Origin: an uncultured virus (IMG/VR IMGVR_UViG_3300008120_000157)
Taxonomy: Duplodnaviria; Heunggongvirae; Uroviricota; Caudoviricetes; Crassvirales
IMG/VR virus record: IMGVR_UViG_3300008120_000157
Strand: one strand, 5' to 3'
DNA: 64,000 nt
Below, piece by piece: positions 1 to 9,802 of this stretch. The position numbers and the translations under genes were made by a program. The notes below the pieces were generated by a model. It was given only the letters and a program-made list of their open reading frames with translations. It was not told where the DNA came from and did not search any database. Position 1 is the first letter of the stretch. Each line of letters begins with the position of its first letter.

Positions 1-1157
1 CTAACTGCACTTCCCGAACCAATAGACCCACTTAAAGTAAATGCTTTTGTTGTATCATCATAAGCCAAAGACGAACTCTGCTGCAACACATTCCCCGTAC
101 CTTGAAACAATACTCTTCCAACTACTCCAGATGATATTGGTGTAGAACCAATAGTTACTCCTGTAGCTAATACCTTGTTTTTCCAAAGAGAGTCTGTAGA
201 ATCGTATTGTAGTATATCGTTATTAGCTAAAGTAGCTGGATTAATGTAAACATTGTGAAGCTCATCAAGCTCCCAACCATTCATTATTTTAACGTATATT
301 TTACCGTGTATAGCGTGAGCATACTCAACATATCCTATCACAACAATGTGACCTGTTAAACCTGTAGGTTTAATGTTGGTTACTCTTCCAGGAGTAGTAG
401 GGCTTAAATAAAGTACGTCACCATCTACCCAAGTTTCTCCTTGTAGACTACCTGTTGTATTAATTCCTTCTAATTGACCAACAGTCATAATAAAACCTTC
501 TTGGTTAGTAGCAATCGTTTCAATTACTAAACCAAGTGTATCAGCACTATTGTTGTCATTATTTGCTTGTGCGTATGCTATAGCAAGTCTTTGTCCTTGT
601 GCCCCACTTACTCTTACTACAGGGTAATTTGCTTTTGTAAGTGTAGTATTTGGAGTTACTTTATTGACTACTCTAGCAACTAAATCAACACCATTTTTTA
701 ATATAACGCTACCACCTTTAAGAGTTGTTTCTGAGCTTCCAATATTATCGTTCCATCTTGTTGTTCCTACAGCAGCAGTTCCTGTTGGTGACGTATCTAA
801 AGTAAGTTGTCCAGCTTTTAATTCGTATTCTCCTAAATTAACATTTCCTGTTGCTCCTATGTAAGGTACTAACCCTGTAATAGAAGGAATAGGTATTGTC
901 CACGATCTATCAGAACTTAAATCTTGTGCTATACCGTTAATATTAATAATTCTAGATGATGGTACATAACCTCCTAAAGTACTTTGTTGTACAAAAGGAT
1001 TAGAACTTGTATTTGTAAATTGTGATAAATCGTAATTCTGAGGATTAATTATAGATATAGGCGCAGTATTAATATTAACTTGAATTAAGTTATTAGCAGC
1101 ATTAATAGAAACTTCTTCTTTAATAATCGCAACATTAATATCAATATTTTCGCTCAT
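1..1157 (-). CDS. Tail fibre protein, partial (3' end runs off the window)
   Basis: Not in the ORF track. ATG at 1157 overlaps the upstream TGA (ATGA) and the frame stays open to base 1 (MSENIDINVAIIKEE...). Shares blocks INGIAQDLSSDRSWTI and GVTIGSTPISSGVVGRVLF with the 880-aa fibre. Confidence 0.75.
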   Translation of the reverse strand, partial: MSENIDINVAIIKEEVSINAANNLIQVNINTAPISIINPQNYDLSQFTNTSSNPFVQQSTLGGYVPSSRIININGIAQDLSSDRSWTIPIPSITGLVPYIGATGNVNLGEYELKAGQLTLDTSPTGTAAVGTTRWNDNIGSSETTLKGGSVILKNGVDLVARVVNKVTPNTTLTKANYPVVRVSGAQGQRLAIAYAQANNDNNSADTLGLVIETIATNQEGFIMTVGQLEGINTTGSLQGETWVDGDVLYLSPTTPGRVTNIKPTGLTGHIVVIGYVEYAHAIHGKIYVKIMNGWELDELHNVYINPATLANNDILQYDSTDSLWKNKVLATGVTIGSTPISSGVVGRVLFQGTGNVLQQSSSLAYDDTTKAFTLSGSIGSGSAV

Positions 1158-1486
1158 CGTGTAATATCATTTAATACTGTAAATTGCCCAGATATCCAAG
1201 TTCTTACTTCTCCTGATGGAAATGTTATTTCTATATCATAAAGATATACATTGGCTTCTAGATTAATAATTGCGCTATTAATTTTAAACTTTCCAGCAAG
1301 AGCATCTGTAATAGTAATACCCGCAGAAGCTGTAGAAATTAAATTTAAAAATACGGGTCCTCCTGGAGCTTTACGTAATTGCATGTGAATAGTAGCACCT
1401 GTAAGATTAATAGCTACACCGTCTTTTTCAAGTTCAAAAAGAACTTCATCAAAAGTATCTCCACGTTTAGTGCTAAAATTTAACAT
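1154..1486 (-). CDS. Small tail or baseplate adaptor (BppU-N-like)
   Basis: RGDTF..V.F...INLTGATI.MQ.R...Y.YDIEITF..G.V.T pattern; lies in the tail-fibre cluster. Confidence 0.55.
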   Translation of the reverse strand: MLNFSTKRGDTFDEVLFELEKDGVAINLTGATIHMQLRKAPGGPVFLNLISTASAGITITDALAGKFKINSAIINLEANVYLYDIEITFPSGEVRTWISGQFTVLNDITR

Positions 1487-1505
1487 TTTTTTCTTTTAAT
1501 AGTTT

Positions 1506-1513
1506 CAAAGGTA
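1506..1513 (-). promoter_or_regulatory. Bacteroidota -7 promoter box TAnnTTTG (TACCTTTG)
   Basis: Exact consensus 19 nt upstream of the ATG at 1486, in an AT-rich intergenic gap. Confidence 0.6.
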
Positions 1514-1543
1514 TAAAATAATTATACTCGGTTGTTAAATATT

Positions 1544-4186
1544 TTAAAATAAAGGTTGCCACGTTGCGCCGTCGTAACAACATAATTTTCTATTTGTTAA
1601 ATCATATACTACAAGACCTTCTGCTGGTGTTCCGATAGCAAGCATTTCTGTATTAGTCATCCTTGGAGGAAGAAATCCTTGAGTGGTACTATCTATTTGA
1701 ACTTTTGCGGAGGTGTTTACCGCAGTAGCATCTCCTACCTTTAATTGACCACTTAACCATCCGTGTCTATATCTTGCGAATTGCTGACCTATATCATGAG
1801 TATTATCTGAGCTTGGAAAAAATGCTCTTGTGTTTGCAGAAATACCAAGAGTAATTTGACTTTGCCCTAATGTGAGAATTAAAGATGATTGAACATAAAA
1901 TTTCCAATCAGGATTTGAATTGTTTACTTGTACAAAGTTTCCGTTACCCCAAGATAAAGACGAATTATTAGTCAGCGTTAAATCTCCGTTTACTCTTGCA
2001 GTTCCATTTACATCTAGCCTAAATCCAGCATCTGTAGTAGTTCCAATAAGTAAATTACCGCTATATTGCAAGCGCATTTGTTCAACATTATTGTGAAAAA
2101 ATCTATGAGAGTGATTACTTCCATTTATTGAAGACAAGTAGTTAATGCCTCCGCCTCCGCCGCCTGTACCTTTCTCACTTCTTAAATTTAAATTATCACC
2201 ATCAGCTACAGTAGATATTATACTATTACCACTTGTTCCTCCTTGAAGTAATAATCCTGAACCTTGTGCTGTTAGATACAATCTTGATAAAGTAGTAGCA
2301 TTTAATTGAGCGAGAGATACATTATTTCCCGATGAACCATATATTCCACTACTATTACCGCCATTATAATTTAATCTAAAAAATGAAGTACCGTTAGCAG
2401 AAGATGATGGATTAGCTCCAACAGAAAAAATATCTCCAGTATTATTAGTTCCCGAACCAGGATGATATCCGCCATACCCAATAAAGTTTGCAATTCTATA
2501 ATTATTAGAACCTGTATCTACAAAGAAAAGAGATGAGCTAGTACTTAAAACATTAAATACTGAACTAGCAATAGTAAATGCATTTTGTATTCTAGCTGTA
2601 CCATTGACATCTAGCATGTAGCCAGCATTAACTGTAGCCCCAATAATTAGATTAGTACTAAAAGAATAAGAGGATGAGTTTACAAATCTTGATTGCCTAC
2701 CTGATACTAACCCATATTGCATGAATGGGGTAAGATTATCCCAGTATATTGATAATCCAGTTTGACCGCCAGAATTAACTTGAAAACCAACACCTGTATT
2801 TGGTCCAGAGTTATTTACAGTTAATAATCCTCTTACATATGCAACATCCCATCCATTATTATTACCTATATAAATTCTTCCAGGTCCAGGTCCACCAGCT
2901 CCACCACCAACATTTAAATAAATATCTCCTCCATTTCCTGATGTCGTAGCAGATCCTGATTGAATTACTAAGTGGTTGCCACTTCCTGATGATGTTGGAT
3001 TAAGTACTGAAATTGTTCTTGTTGCTCCTGGTTGAAATACTATGTTTCCACCAAATCTTGCAGCATAATTTTGTACTCCTGTAAATGCTCCATTATTAAA
3101 AGTTGGAGCAACATCTAATCCTATTAATACATCATTATTAGCACTAGCACTAATTGTATTATTAACTAGTAAAGCAGTACTTAATCCTGATACAGCAGTA
3201 AGATTGCCCATTACTCTAGCTGCATATTGGTTAGCAAAACCTCTTACATGAAAATAAGTTACATTGTCTACTTTAAATTCTGTTCCCGAACCTTGATAAT
3301 TATGAATTACAGTGACATTATCAGTTTGAGTAATTTGAGAAGTTATACCGCCATCGCCAGCTCTTCTTAGATTTATAGTTCCTGCATACCCTACTGATCC
3401 AAGGTCTAATGTTCTTTGTAGTCTAGTTGTACCATTGACATCTAGTTTGTATCCTGCGTCTGTAGTAGTACCTACTAATAAATTACCACCATTAAAATAA
3501 CTTGTAGCATTAGAAGCTAGTAATATTCTAGGGCCGTTATCATTATTATATAAAGTAAAACTTGGAAAGCCGCTACTATCTACAGTTAGTGCTCCATAAG
3601 TACGGCCTCCTGTCATTCCTGTTCTAGCTCCTGCAAAATACCAAGCTCTGTCTAATGCACTACCTCCATCAGTATCTGTATTAAAATACATTGACTGTCC
3701 AGTATTAAAAATAAACTGTCTTGAAGAACTAATAGTATAGTTTGAACTTGCAGTACCTGTGATACTAAAACTTGTGTTAGCAGATAGGTTACCTGCTTGA
3801 CTAACAAAAGGTGAATCAAAAAGTGATAAGGTAGCAGTAGTAGAATCCCAACTTACACCGCTAGTTTCCCCAACTGTGCCTGCGTTATCAAACAGTAGTC
3901 TGCCTGAAGTGCCGCCTGTAATGGGCGTAGTATTTACAGTGATACCTGTAGAAATTGTCCAGGATCTATCAGCAGATAAATCTTGAGTAACTCCATTAAT
4001 AGTTAATGTTCTAGATTTTGGTACTTTAAGATCTAAAGCATCCTGTAAATCTGTTTGGTTTGCTAAGACACCTGTGATGTTTCCCCAAGCAACCGTAACT
4101 ACAGGAAGTTTAGATTTACCCGACTTAGTAGTAATTACTAAATGTCCTTGGCCAAAAGTATTCCCGTATTTATCAACTACTTGCAT
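1544..4186 (-). CDS. Tail fibre / receptor-binding protein (880 aa)
   Basis: Gly/Ser/Thr/Asn-rich; three internal repeats of the GNLL.GTTTDAG..LDVNGT.R type; C-terminal STTQGFLPPRMT...PAEGLVVYD module typical of Bacteroidota phage fibres. Confidence 0.75.
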   Translation of the reverse strand: MQVVDKYGNTFGQGHLVITTKSGKSKLPVVTVAWGNITGVLANQTDLQDALDLKVPKSRTLTINGVTQDLSADRSWTISTGITVNTTPITGGTSGRLLFDNAGTVGETSGVSWDSTTATLSLFDSPFVSQAGNLSANTSFSITGTASSNYTISSSRQFIFNTGQSMYFNTDTDGGSALDRAWYFAGARTGMTGGRTYGALTVDSSGFPSFTLYNNDNGPRILLASNATSYFNGGNLLVGTTTDAGYKLDVNGTTRLQRTLDLGSVGYAGTINLRRAGDGGITSQITQTDNVTVIHNYQGSGTEFKVDNVTYFHVRGFANQYAARVMGNLTAVSGLSTALLVNNTISASANNDVLIGLDVAPTFNNGAFTGVQNYAARFGGNIVFQPGATRTISVLNPTSSGSGNHLVIQSGSATTSGNGGDIYLNVGGGAGGPGPGRIYIGNNNGWDVAYVRGLLTVNNSGPNTGVGFQVNSGGQTGLSIYWDNLTPFMQYGLVSGRQSRFVNSSSYSFSTNLIIGATVNAGYMLDVNGTARIQNAFTIASSVFNVLSTSSSLFFVDTGSNNYRIANFIGYGGYHPGSGTNNTGDIFSVGANPSSSANGTSFFRLNYNGGNSSGIYGSSGNNVSLAQLNATTLSRLYLTAQGSGLLLQGGTSGNSIISTVADGDNLNLRSEKGTGGGGGGINYLSSINGSNHSHRFFHNNVEQMRLQYSGNLLIGTTTDAGFRLDVNGTARVNGDLTLTNNSSLSWGNGNFVQVNNSNPDWKFYVQSSLILTLGQSQITLGISANTRAFFPSSDNTHDIGQQFARYRHGWLSGQLKVGDATAVNTSAKVQIDSTTQGFLPPRMTNTEMLAIGTPAEGLVVYDLTNRKLCCYDGATWQPLF

Positions 4187-4191
4187 ATAGA

Positions 4192-4473
4192 TTATTTAAT
4201 TACTAATGAATATGTAGTCTTAGCTACACTTGCAGAAGCAATTAAACTATCTCCTTCACTTAATGGGTAAGGGAAAGTATCAGTTACTGTATCTCCTGCA
4301 TCAAGGTTTAAGGTATATAATTCAATAGTTTGATTTGTTTGTTTATCAAATTTACTAAGAGTAACGTTATAAGCAACAGGATTATTAAATCTAATACTTT
4401 CTACGGATACTGGTTGAGCACCGCAAGTATAGATCTTAGCAGGAATAGTAGATATTTTGCCGTTTAATTTCAT
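4192..4473 (-). CDS. Small beta-rich virion or tail protein, hypothetical
   Basis: 93-aa ORF in the tail cluster. Confidence 0.5.
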   Translation of the reverse strand: MKLNGKISTIPAKIYTCGAQPVSVESIRFNNPVAYNVTLSKFDKQTNQTIELYTLNLDAGDTVTDTFPYPLSEGDSLIASASVAKTTYSLVIK

Positions 4474-4530
4474 GTTGTCTTAGGAAAAGATAAATATACG
4501 TTTTAGTTTGTTTGTAACTAATTATAAATT

Positions 4531-4893
4531 TTAATTTTTTTCAAACTCCTCCCCAATTAATGGATACTCTTCAGTTATTGCGTGACCTGCAAATGCGTGC
4601 TTAGGATTCTTAGGCTCTACTAGATTAGCACCGAAGTCATATTCATTGTCTGACATTACATCGTAGTGGTAACCGTCAGCATATACAGCAGGAGTTAACT
4701 CATTTCCTTCTTCATCAAATGTAGGTGGCTCAAGCATGATAAGGCCGATTTCTACAACCGCTGCCACACCTTCTCCGTATACCAAAAATGTTTCTTCTTG
4801 GAATGTGCTTTCAACTAAAATCCCTTTAGCCTTTAAGTCTGCTACTGCTGTAGCTTTGTCTGAATAAGATAATTTAAAAATTTTTTCTGTCAT
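4531..4893 (-). CDS. Hypothetical protein (possible fibre or spike assembly chaperone)
   Basis: Acidic 120 aa with DEEGNELTPAVYADGYHYDVM...PKNPKHAFAG; follows the spike genes. Confidence 0.5.
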   Translation of the reverse strand: MTEKIFKLSYSDKATAVADLKAKGILVESTFQEETFLVYGEGVAAVVEIGLIMLEPPTFDEEGNELTPAVYADGYHYDVMSDNEYDFGANLVEPKNPKHAFAGHAITEEYPLIGEEFEKN

Positions 4894-5474
4894 TATGCGT
4901 ATATTAAAGATGTTTTATTATTTAATCTCCCAACAAGCATAGCCTGTAAAGTAGACATATTAATTCCTAAAGCTTCACTTGCTTCTATGGAGTTTTTATA
5001 AAATATTCCTGTACTAAAATCCAACAAAAGCTTATTATGTTTTTCTGCAATTTTACGTTTAGTCTCTTCTGAATGCTTGTATCCTTTTTTTGAATTGACT
5101 CTACTTGAAATGTGTTCAATACTTTGCTTTTTACCTTTACCCGCCTTGCTCATTTTTTGTCTCACTTCATCTGATGGTATTTGCTTTTTAGTTTCAGTTG
5201 AAACGTAATTACAATTTAAGCCTTTTATACAATTAAAGTGTTCTTGCCAAAATCTTTCACGTTCATTGAGCATTTGTACTTCACACAATTCAATGACCTC
5301 GTAAGTATGGTTAATAGTTCCGTATTTTACAAGTGAATTATACAATTTTGTTTGTCCTTTGCAATTTGTCAATTTTTTATAACCTCGGAACCTACGTTCA
5401 ATATTCATAGATTGACCTACATAAATGCTGCCTTTCGGATTTGTTATTTTATATATGCCAATACTTTTTATCAT
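4893..5474 (-). mobile_element. Free-standing GIY-YIG homing endonuclease with NUMOD3-type DNA-binding repeats
   Basis: GIYKITNPKGSIYVGQS..IERR motif, E...ERERFW, HSEETKRKI repeat. Likely start is the ATG at 5474 (ATGA overlap with the upstream stop). Confidence 0.88.
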
Positions 5475-7231
5475 AGCGTTGTTAATGCGATGCACTCTGC
5501 ATCAGTTAATGATGTTGTATAAATTTCTAAAGCTTTTACTTTTCCATAATAAGGAAATCCACCACCATTATAGTCAAATGAAAATCTATCCAATGCTGTA
5601 GTGAAAGCGCTAGATAAAGTATTTGAATATATTTTTACTCCATTTAGAAAAACTGCTTGTTCTCCTAACTTATACTTAACTGCTATTCTATTATTGTCAG
5701 TTTTTACTATATATCCAATATTAAAATTTATTAAATAGCTACTATTAACTCTGTACTCAAAATATAAATTAGTAGCTGTATTAGCATAGCCAATTGATAT
5801 TCTATTTGCTCCTCCAATGTCACTTAAGCTAATTAATGAGTATGTAGAATCATCAACAAGACCTTTAGCTTGAAAATACAATGTTCCCTCTGTCTGACCA
5901 ATCAAAGACGAAATACCTGTCTTAGTGCAAGTATCTGCATTCCTTGTAACTGATGCACTTGTAGTTGGTATGTATGAGGTAGGGTATGGGCCTACTTCAA
6001 GTTGTGCGCCCCAAGAATAAAAGAAATTTCCAACTCCGATGCTTCCTCCAACTCCTCCATTATAAAACAATACTGCTCCAATAGCAGGTATGTTTATTGT
6101 GTATTGAATGCGATACCATCCATTCCCTAAACTTGTAGATGAATGAGAAATAATAGTCCCACTAATTACACTTGTAGTATTTGTATTAAAGTCAAATGTA
6201 ATATAACCTAAGTCACCTCCTTGAAATGCACCAAACCTAAACAATGTAGAACTATCAAAATTACCTTTTTTAAGGTATACAGTATAAGTGTAGTTTCCTA
6301 CTGAAGATATAGTTATTGTTTGATTTATATTTAATGTACCACCTGACTGAGTAATTGTATCAGCGTTTTGAATACCGCTTGGAGACACAATAGAATCTGA
6401 AGTTACAGTAGCACCTGATTTTGTCCAACTTCCATTGTTAAAATCCTCACTTCTTAAAGCTAAATTAGTTCTTTGTGTTTCAAGCAATAAAGCAGATGAT
6501 CCTGTTGAATAGTCAATACGAGGGATGTCTAAACGGTCTGTTGTGGGTAGGTATGTGAGTGGTTGAGTTCCTTCTACTAGTTGCGCTCCCCATGCATAAA
6601 ATGAATCAGTCAAGGAAAGAGAAACATTTATAGAGTTCATAAGACTATTGGCAAAGTAAATACCAATTACTCTATTTGCACCTGTTGTTTCATTTGCTGT
6701 TTGACTTACTCTATACCAGCCATTACCTACATCAGTAATACTTGAAGTTGTTCCCGAAGTTGTTGTACCTACTACACCTGTGTTTATATCAAAATAAGAA
6801 GTTTGCAAAGAACCATTAATTGTGCTTACTAATGCTATATAGCCATAAGTATTCTTTTTTACATAAAAAGATTGAGTGTATTGGCCAACATTTATAAAAA
6901 AAGAATTTCTAATTAAATAATATTGAGCATTTGTTGTGCTTGGTATTGTTAATGTATCGGCAGTTAATGTACCATTTGGAGCAGTCGTTGTATTTACAGT
7001 AATTACATCAGTTGTGAACCAAGCAGCGTTGGTAAAATCCTCAGAGTAACTAAATAAGTTATAAGGCACAATCTCTACAAGTCCTGCTGCATTCACGCGC
7101 GTACCTGTGGTAGCACGAGTAAATGTCATCTCTCTTGGGTAATACTTGCTATCAATCGTCTTGTATCCCAATAGACTGTCTGACTTAACAGCCCAGTTGC
7201 CACTTCCTAATTGTAAACTTGGTGTCGCCAT
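5471..7231 (-). CDS. Spike or fibre protein with carbohydrate-binding/LamG-like domains (paralog 2)
   Basis: TRATTGTRVN..GLVE, PRIDYS, LLLE.QRTN, GWYR, WGAQLE.G.YPTSYIPT...VTRNAD motifs. Confidence 0.7.
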   Translation of the reverse strand: MATPSLQLGSGNWAVKSDSLLGYKTIDSKYYPREMTFTRATTGTRVNAAGLVEIVPYNLFSYSEDFTNAAWFTTDVITVNTTTAPNGTLTADTLTIPSTTNAQYYLIRNSFFINVGQYTQSFYVKKNTYGYIALVSTINGSLQTSYFDINTGVVGTTTSGTTSSITDVGNGWYRVSQTANETTGANRVIGIYFANSLMNSINVSLSLTDSFYAWGAQLVEGTQPLTYLPTTDRLDIPRIDYSTGSSALLLETQRTNLALRSEDFNNGSWTKSGATVTSDSIVSPSGIQNADTITQSGGTLNINQTITISSVGNYTYTVYLKKGNFDSSTLFRFGAFQGGDLGYITFDFNTNTTSVISGTIISHSSTSLGNGWYRIQYTINIPAIGAVLFYNGGVGGSIGVGNFFYSWGAQLEVGPYPTSYIPTTSASVTRNADTCTKTGISSLIGQTEGTLYFQAKGLVDDSTYSLISLSDIGGANRISIGYANTATNLYFEYRVNSSYLINFNIGYIVKTDNNRIAVKYKLGEQAVFLNGVKIYSNTLSSAFTTALDRFSFDYNGGGFPYYGKVKALEIYTTSLTDAECIALTTL

Positions 7232-8940
7232 TATTGCAGTGTATAGTTATAATATGAAGCCATCTCGGCATATGTGTTGAATGAAGTGCCTGTTAGGGCT
7301 TCTAGTTGGTCATCTGTTAATGCTGTTTTCCAAACATTAAGAAAATCATAATACATTGGTGCTACTCCCGAACCCATACTTAATTTGGAAATTGTATTGG
7401 TTATTGGGCTAGAGTTTGTGCTCGAAGCAACTTGAGATCCATTTATATATAATTTATATGCTCCCGCTTTATATACAATACCAATATTATTAATTCCTTT
7501 TGAAATTGGAGATGTAGATGTTAAAGTAAATGAGTATGAACTACCAATGTAAAAATCAAATGCCACTTTACCATCATTGGCTACATAAGAAATAATAAAT
7601 AATTGAGATTCTGAATCATTTGATGCTTTTAATAAAGATTGAACTCCTAAACCTATTGGTTGAACAACATTTGCTTTAAAAACAAATGTTCCTTCCGTCT
7701 GTCCAATCAAGCTACTAATACCTGTCTTTGAAACAACGTCTGCGTTGCGTGTTACAGTTGCTGATGTTGTAGGGATGTATGAGGTAGGGTATGAACCTGC
7801 TTCGAGTTGAAAGCCGTAAGCATAAAGTTGCACTATTGCAGGCGAAACAAGCCCCGTACTCATTGAGGTCGAATCTGCTGTAAATGTATGAGTAAACCTT
7901 TGCCATTCTTGCGTGGCGGTAAAAACGCTTGATGCTTTATTCGAGTTTCCGTAAATTCTAAAGGATTGATTTGACCCCACAGCACTTTTTACATAGCAAG
8001 AAACCGTATAAGTATTTCCGCTTACAATAGTGCCATTTTGGTCTATGTAGTTAGAAGCTGAAGTTATGTTTAACAGGTCTGCATTTTGTGTTCCGTCGGG
8101 ACTGATTGCGGCATTTGCAGTTACGGAAATGTTAGATTTAACCCAAGCCGAATTATTAAAAGCCTCTGACCAAGTAACCACATTAGTCCTCTGCGGCTCT
8201 ACCAACAAACTTGGGCAACTACCATTTGAGTAGTCTAAGCGTGGGATGTTCAATCGTGTTATGGTAGGTTGATAAGGTAATAATGAACCTGCGTTTACTT
8301 GTGCACCATAAAGGAAAAGTCCATCAGTTGTATTTGCCCCCGAATATGCGCTAATACCGAACCACTCCATTGATGCACTATTGGCAATAGCGCAATAAAT
8401 ACCATTTGAGCCGTTAGTAAATACAACGCTGCATCTATACCATCCATTGCCTACATTTTCAATTTGTACATTACTTGCAAGGCTTCCATAAGTTCCGATT
8501 ACACCCGTTCCTAAATTAAAATTAGCATATTCATAAATGCTTTGGGCAGATGCAATTTGAATAAATTGAAGTTCGCCAGCTTTTGCATAAACTGAATGTG
8601 CATTATTACCAGTTATTCCCGACAATCCTTGAGTAATGCTGTGATAGGCACTACTTGTATTATATTTTAATTTAATAGCATTATTACCACCAAATGGGTC
8701 TGCTTGACCTGATGTTGTTGTAGATTGAAATAAAGCCCAACTTGAACTAAAATCATTGCTATAAGTAACCAAATTATAAGGCACAAGCTCAACCAAGCCT
8801 TGTGAGTTTACTCTCGTGGCAGTAGTCGCACGAGTAACGGACATATCGCCCGAACCATCGGACGGAATAACGGAATATAGTTTGCCCTCTTTGTATCCGT
8901 TAGGCGTTACAATTAAAGAAGCGGTCTCTAATAGGCTCAT
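7231..8940 (-). CDS. Spike or fibre protein with carbohydrate-binding/LamG-like domains (paralog 1)
   Basis: Same motif order as 5471-7231 (TRATTATRVN, PRLDYS, LLVEPQRTN, YPTSYIPT, ISSLIGQTEGT). Confidence 0.7.
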   Translation of the reverse strand: MSLLETASLIVTPNGYKEGKLYSVIPSDGSGDMSVTRATTATRVNSQGLVELVPYNLVTYSNDFSSSWALFQSTTTSGQADPFGGNNAIKLKYNTSSAYHSITQGLSGITGNNAHSVYAKAGELQFIQIASAQSIYEYANFNLGTGVIGTYGSLASNVQIENVGNGWYRCSVVFTNGSNGIYCAIANSASMEWFGISAYSGANTTDGLFLYGAQVNAGSLLPYQPTITRLNIPRLDYSNGSCPSLLVEPQRTNVVTWSEAFNNSAWVKSNISVTANAAISPDGTQNADLLNITSASNYIDQNGTIVSGNTYTVSCYVKSAVGSNQSFRIYGNSNKASSVFTATQEWQRFTHTFTADSTSMSTGLVSPAIVQLYAYGFQLEAGSYPTSYIPTTSATVTRNADVVSKTGISSLIGQTEGTFVFKANVVQPIGLGVQSLLKASNDSESQLFIISYVANDGKVAFDFYIGSSYSFTLTSTSPISKGINNIGIVYKAGAYKLYINGSQVASSTNSSPITNTISKLSMGSGVAPMYYDFLNVWKTALTDDQLEALTGTSFNTYAEMASYYNYTLQ

Positions 8941-9110
8941 GAAATGCTATTTAACTTTGTTAATGCAGTTTCTAAACAAGATTCTGCTTCAAATACTCCT
9001 CCATCTATTTTAGTACGAGTTTCGAGTTTTAGTGTTAAGTATACACTCAAATTTCTACTCCTCATAAAAAGGTTAGTATTGTAGGGATTATATGCTAAAA
9101 GATAGCTCAT
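8937..9110 (-). CDS. 57-aa small protein below the ORF-track cutoff
   Basis: MSYLLAYNPYNTNLFMRSRNLSVYLTLKLETRTKIDGGVFEAESCLETALTKLNSIS; its TGA overlaps the next ATG (ATGA) and it fills the gap between genes. Confidence 0.6.
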   Translation of the reverse strand: MSYLLAYNPYNTNLFMRSRNLSVYLTLKLETRTKIDGGVFEAESCLETALTKLNSIS

Positions 9111-9113
9111 ATA

Positions 9114-9446
9114 TTATCTTCTTACTAATAGTACAGAACCACTAGATAATTTTAAAGAATTAAAATATTGCCCTTGACCCCAAGAAAGAATAGCACCTGC
9201 GCGTACAGGTAATGCTGGAGTTGTTACAAGATTTGTTAAAACTTCTTGATTATTTACTTTTATACTGTTAAATACTGTGTCTTCTAAAACTACAATCGAT
9301 TCAAATTCTCCTGTAATAGTATTAACATCATTTAATACTACAGTAGAAGAACCTATCATACTTGATTTTGTAAGTATTTCTTGTTGTCCTGTGATTTTGA
9401 CTTTTGTATTGTTATGCCCTACAATGGCAACTTCTCTTTGTGACAT
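9114..9446 (-). CDS. Small virion protein, hypothetical
   Basis: 110 aa, beta-rich, C-terminal FNSLKLSSGSVLL. Confidence 0.5.
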   Translation of the reverse strand: MSQREVAIVGHNNTKVKITGQQEILTKSSMIGSSTVVLNDVNTITGEFESIVVLEDTVFNSIKVNNQEVLTNLVTTPALPVRAGAILSWGQGQYFNSLKLSSGSVLLVRR

Positions 9447-9494
9447 GATAATAAATTTAATGCTAAATTAAAAAATTTTAAGTAACAACTAATA

Positions 9495-9800
9495 TTAAAA
9501 AGAAAGTTGTTTATGTTCTTCTTCTGCCCTATAATTAATAAATCCAGTAGAATCTTCTATATTAATAGATGCCATAATTAGTGTAAATGTGCCTGTAGGC
9601 TTATTAGCATTATATAATGATTTGGCTAAATCAGAATCTTTTTTAGTTGGAGTTTTAGTTATTCCTACTTTAATAATAGCAGAAATTTCTTCACGTTCTT
9701 CTAATGTACCAGAGTTAAGTAATTCAAGTTGTTCTGGAGTAAGTTCTACTTTTTCTATACTGTACCAAGTATTTTCAGTAGTGCTATGTAATATTTTCAT
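9495..9800 (-). CDS. Hypothetical protein
   Basis: 101-aa ORF in the operon. Confidence 0.5.
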   Translation of the reverse strand: MKILHSTTENTWYSIEKVELTPEQLELLNSGTLEEREEISAIIKVGITKTPTKKDSDLAKSLYNANKPTGTFTLIMASINIEDSTGFINYRAEEEHKQLSF

Positions 9801-9802
9801 CT

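Noticed and set aside
4893..5495. Group I intron around the GIY-YIG gene
   Set aside because: The flanking genes are complete and overlap the endonuclease ORF; there is no non-coding intron sequence.
1544..8940. Diversity-generating retroelement targeting the fibres
   Set aside because: No reverse transcriptase in the window and no TR/VR pair differing only at adenines; similarity is ordinary paralogy.
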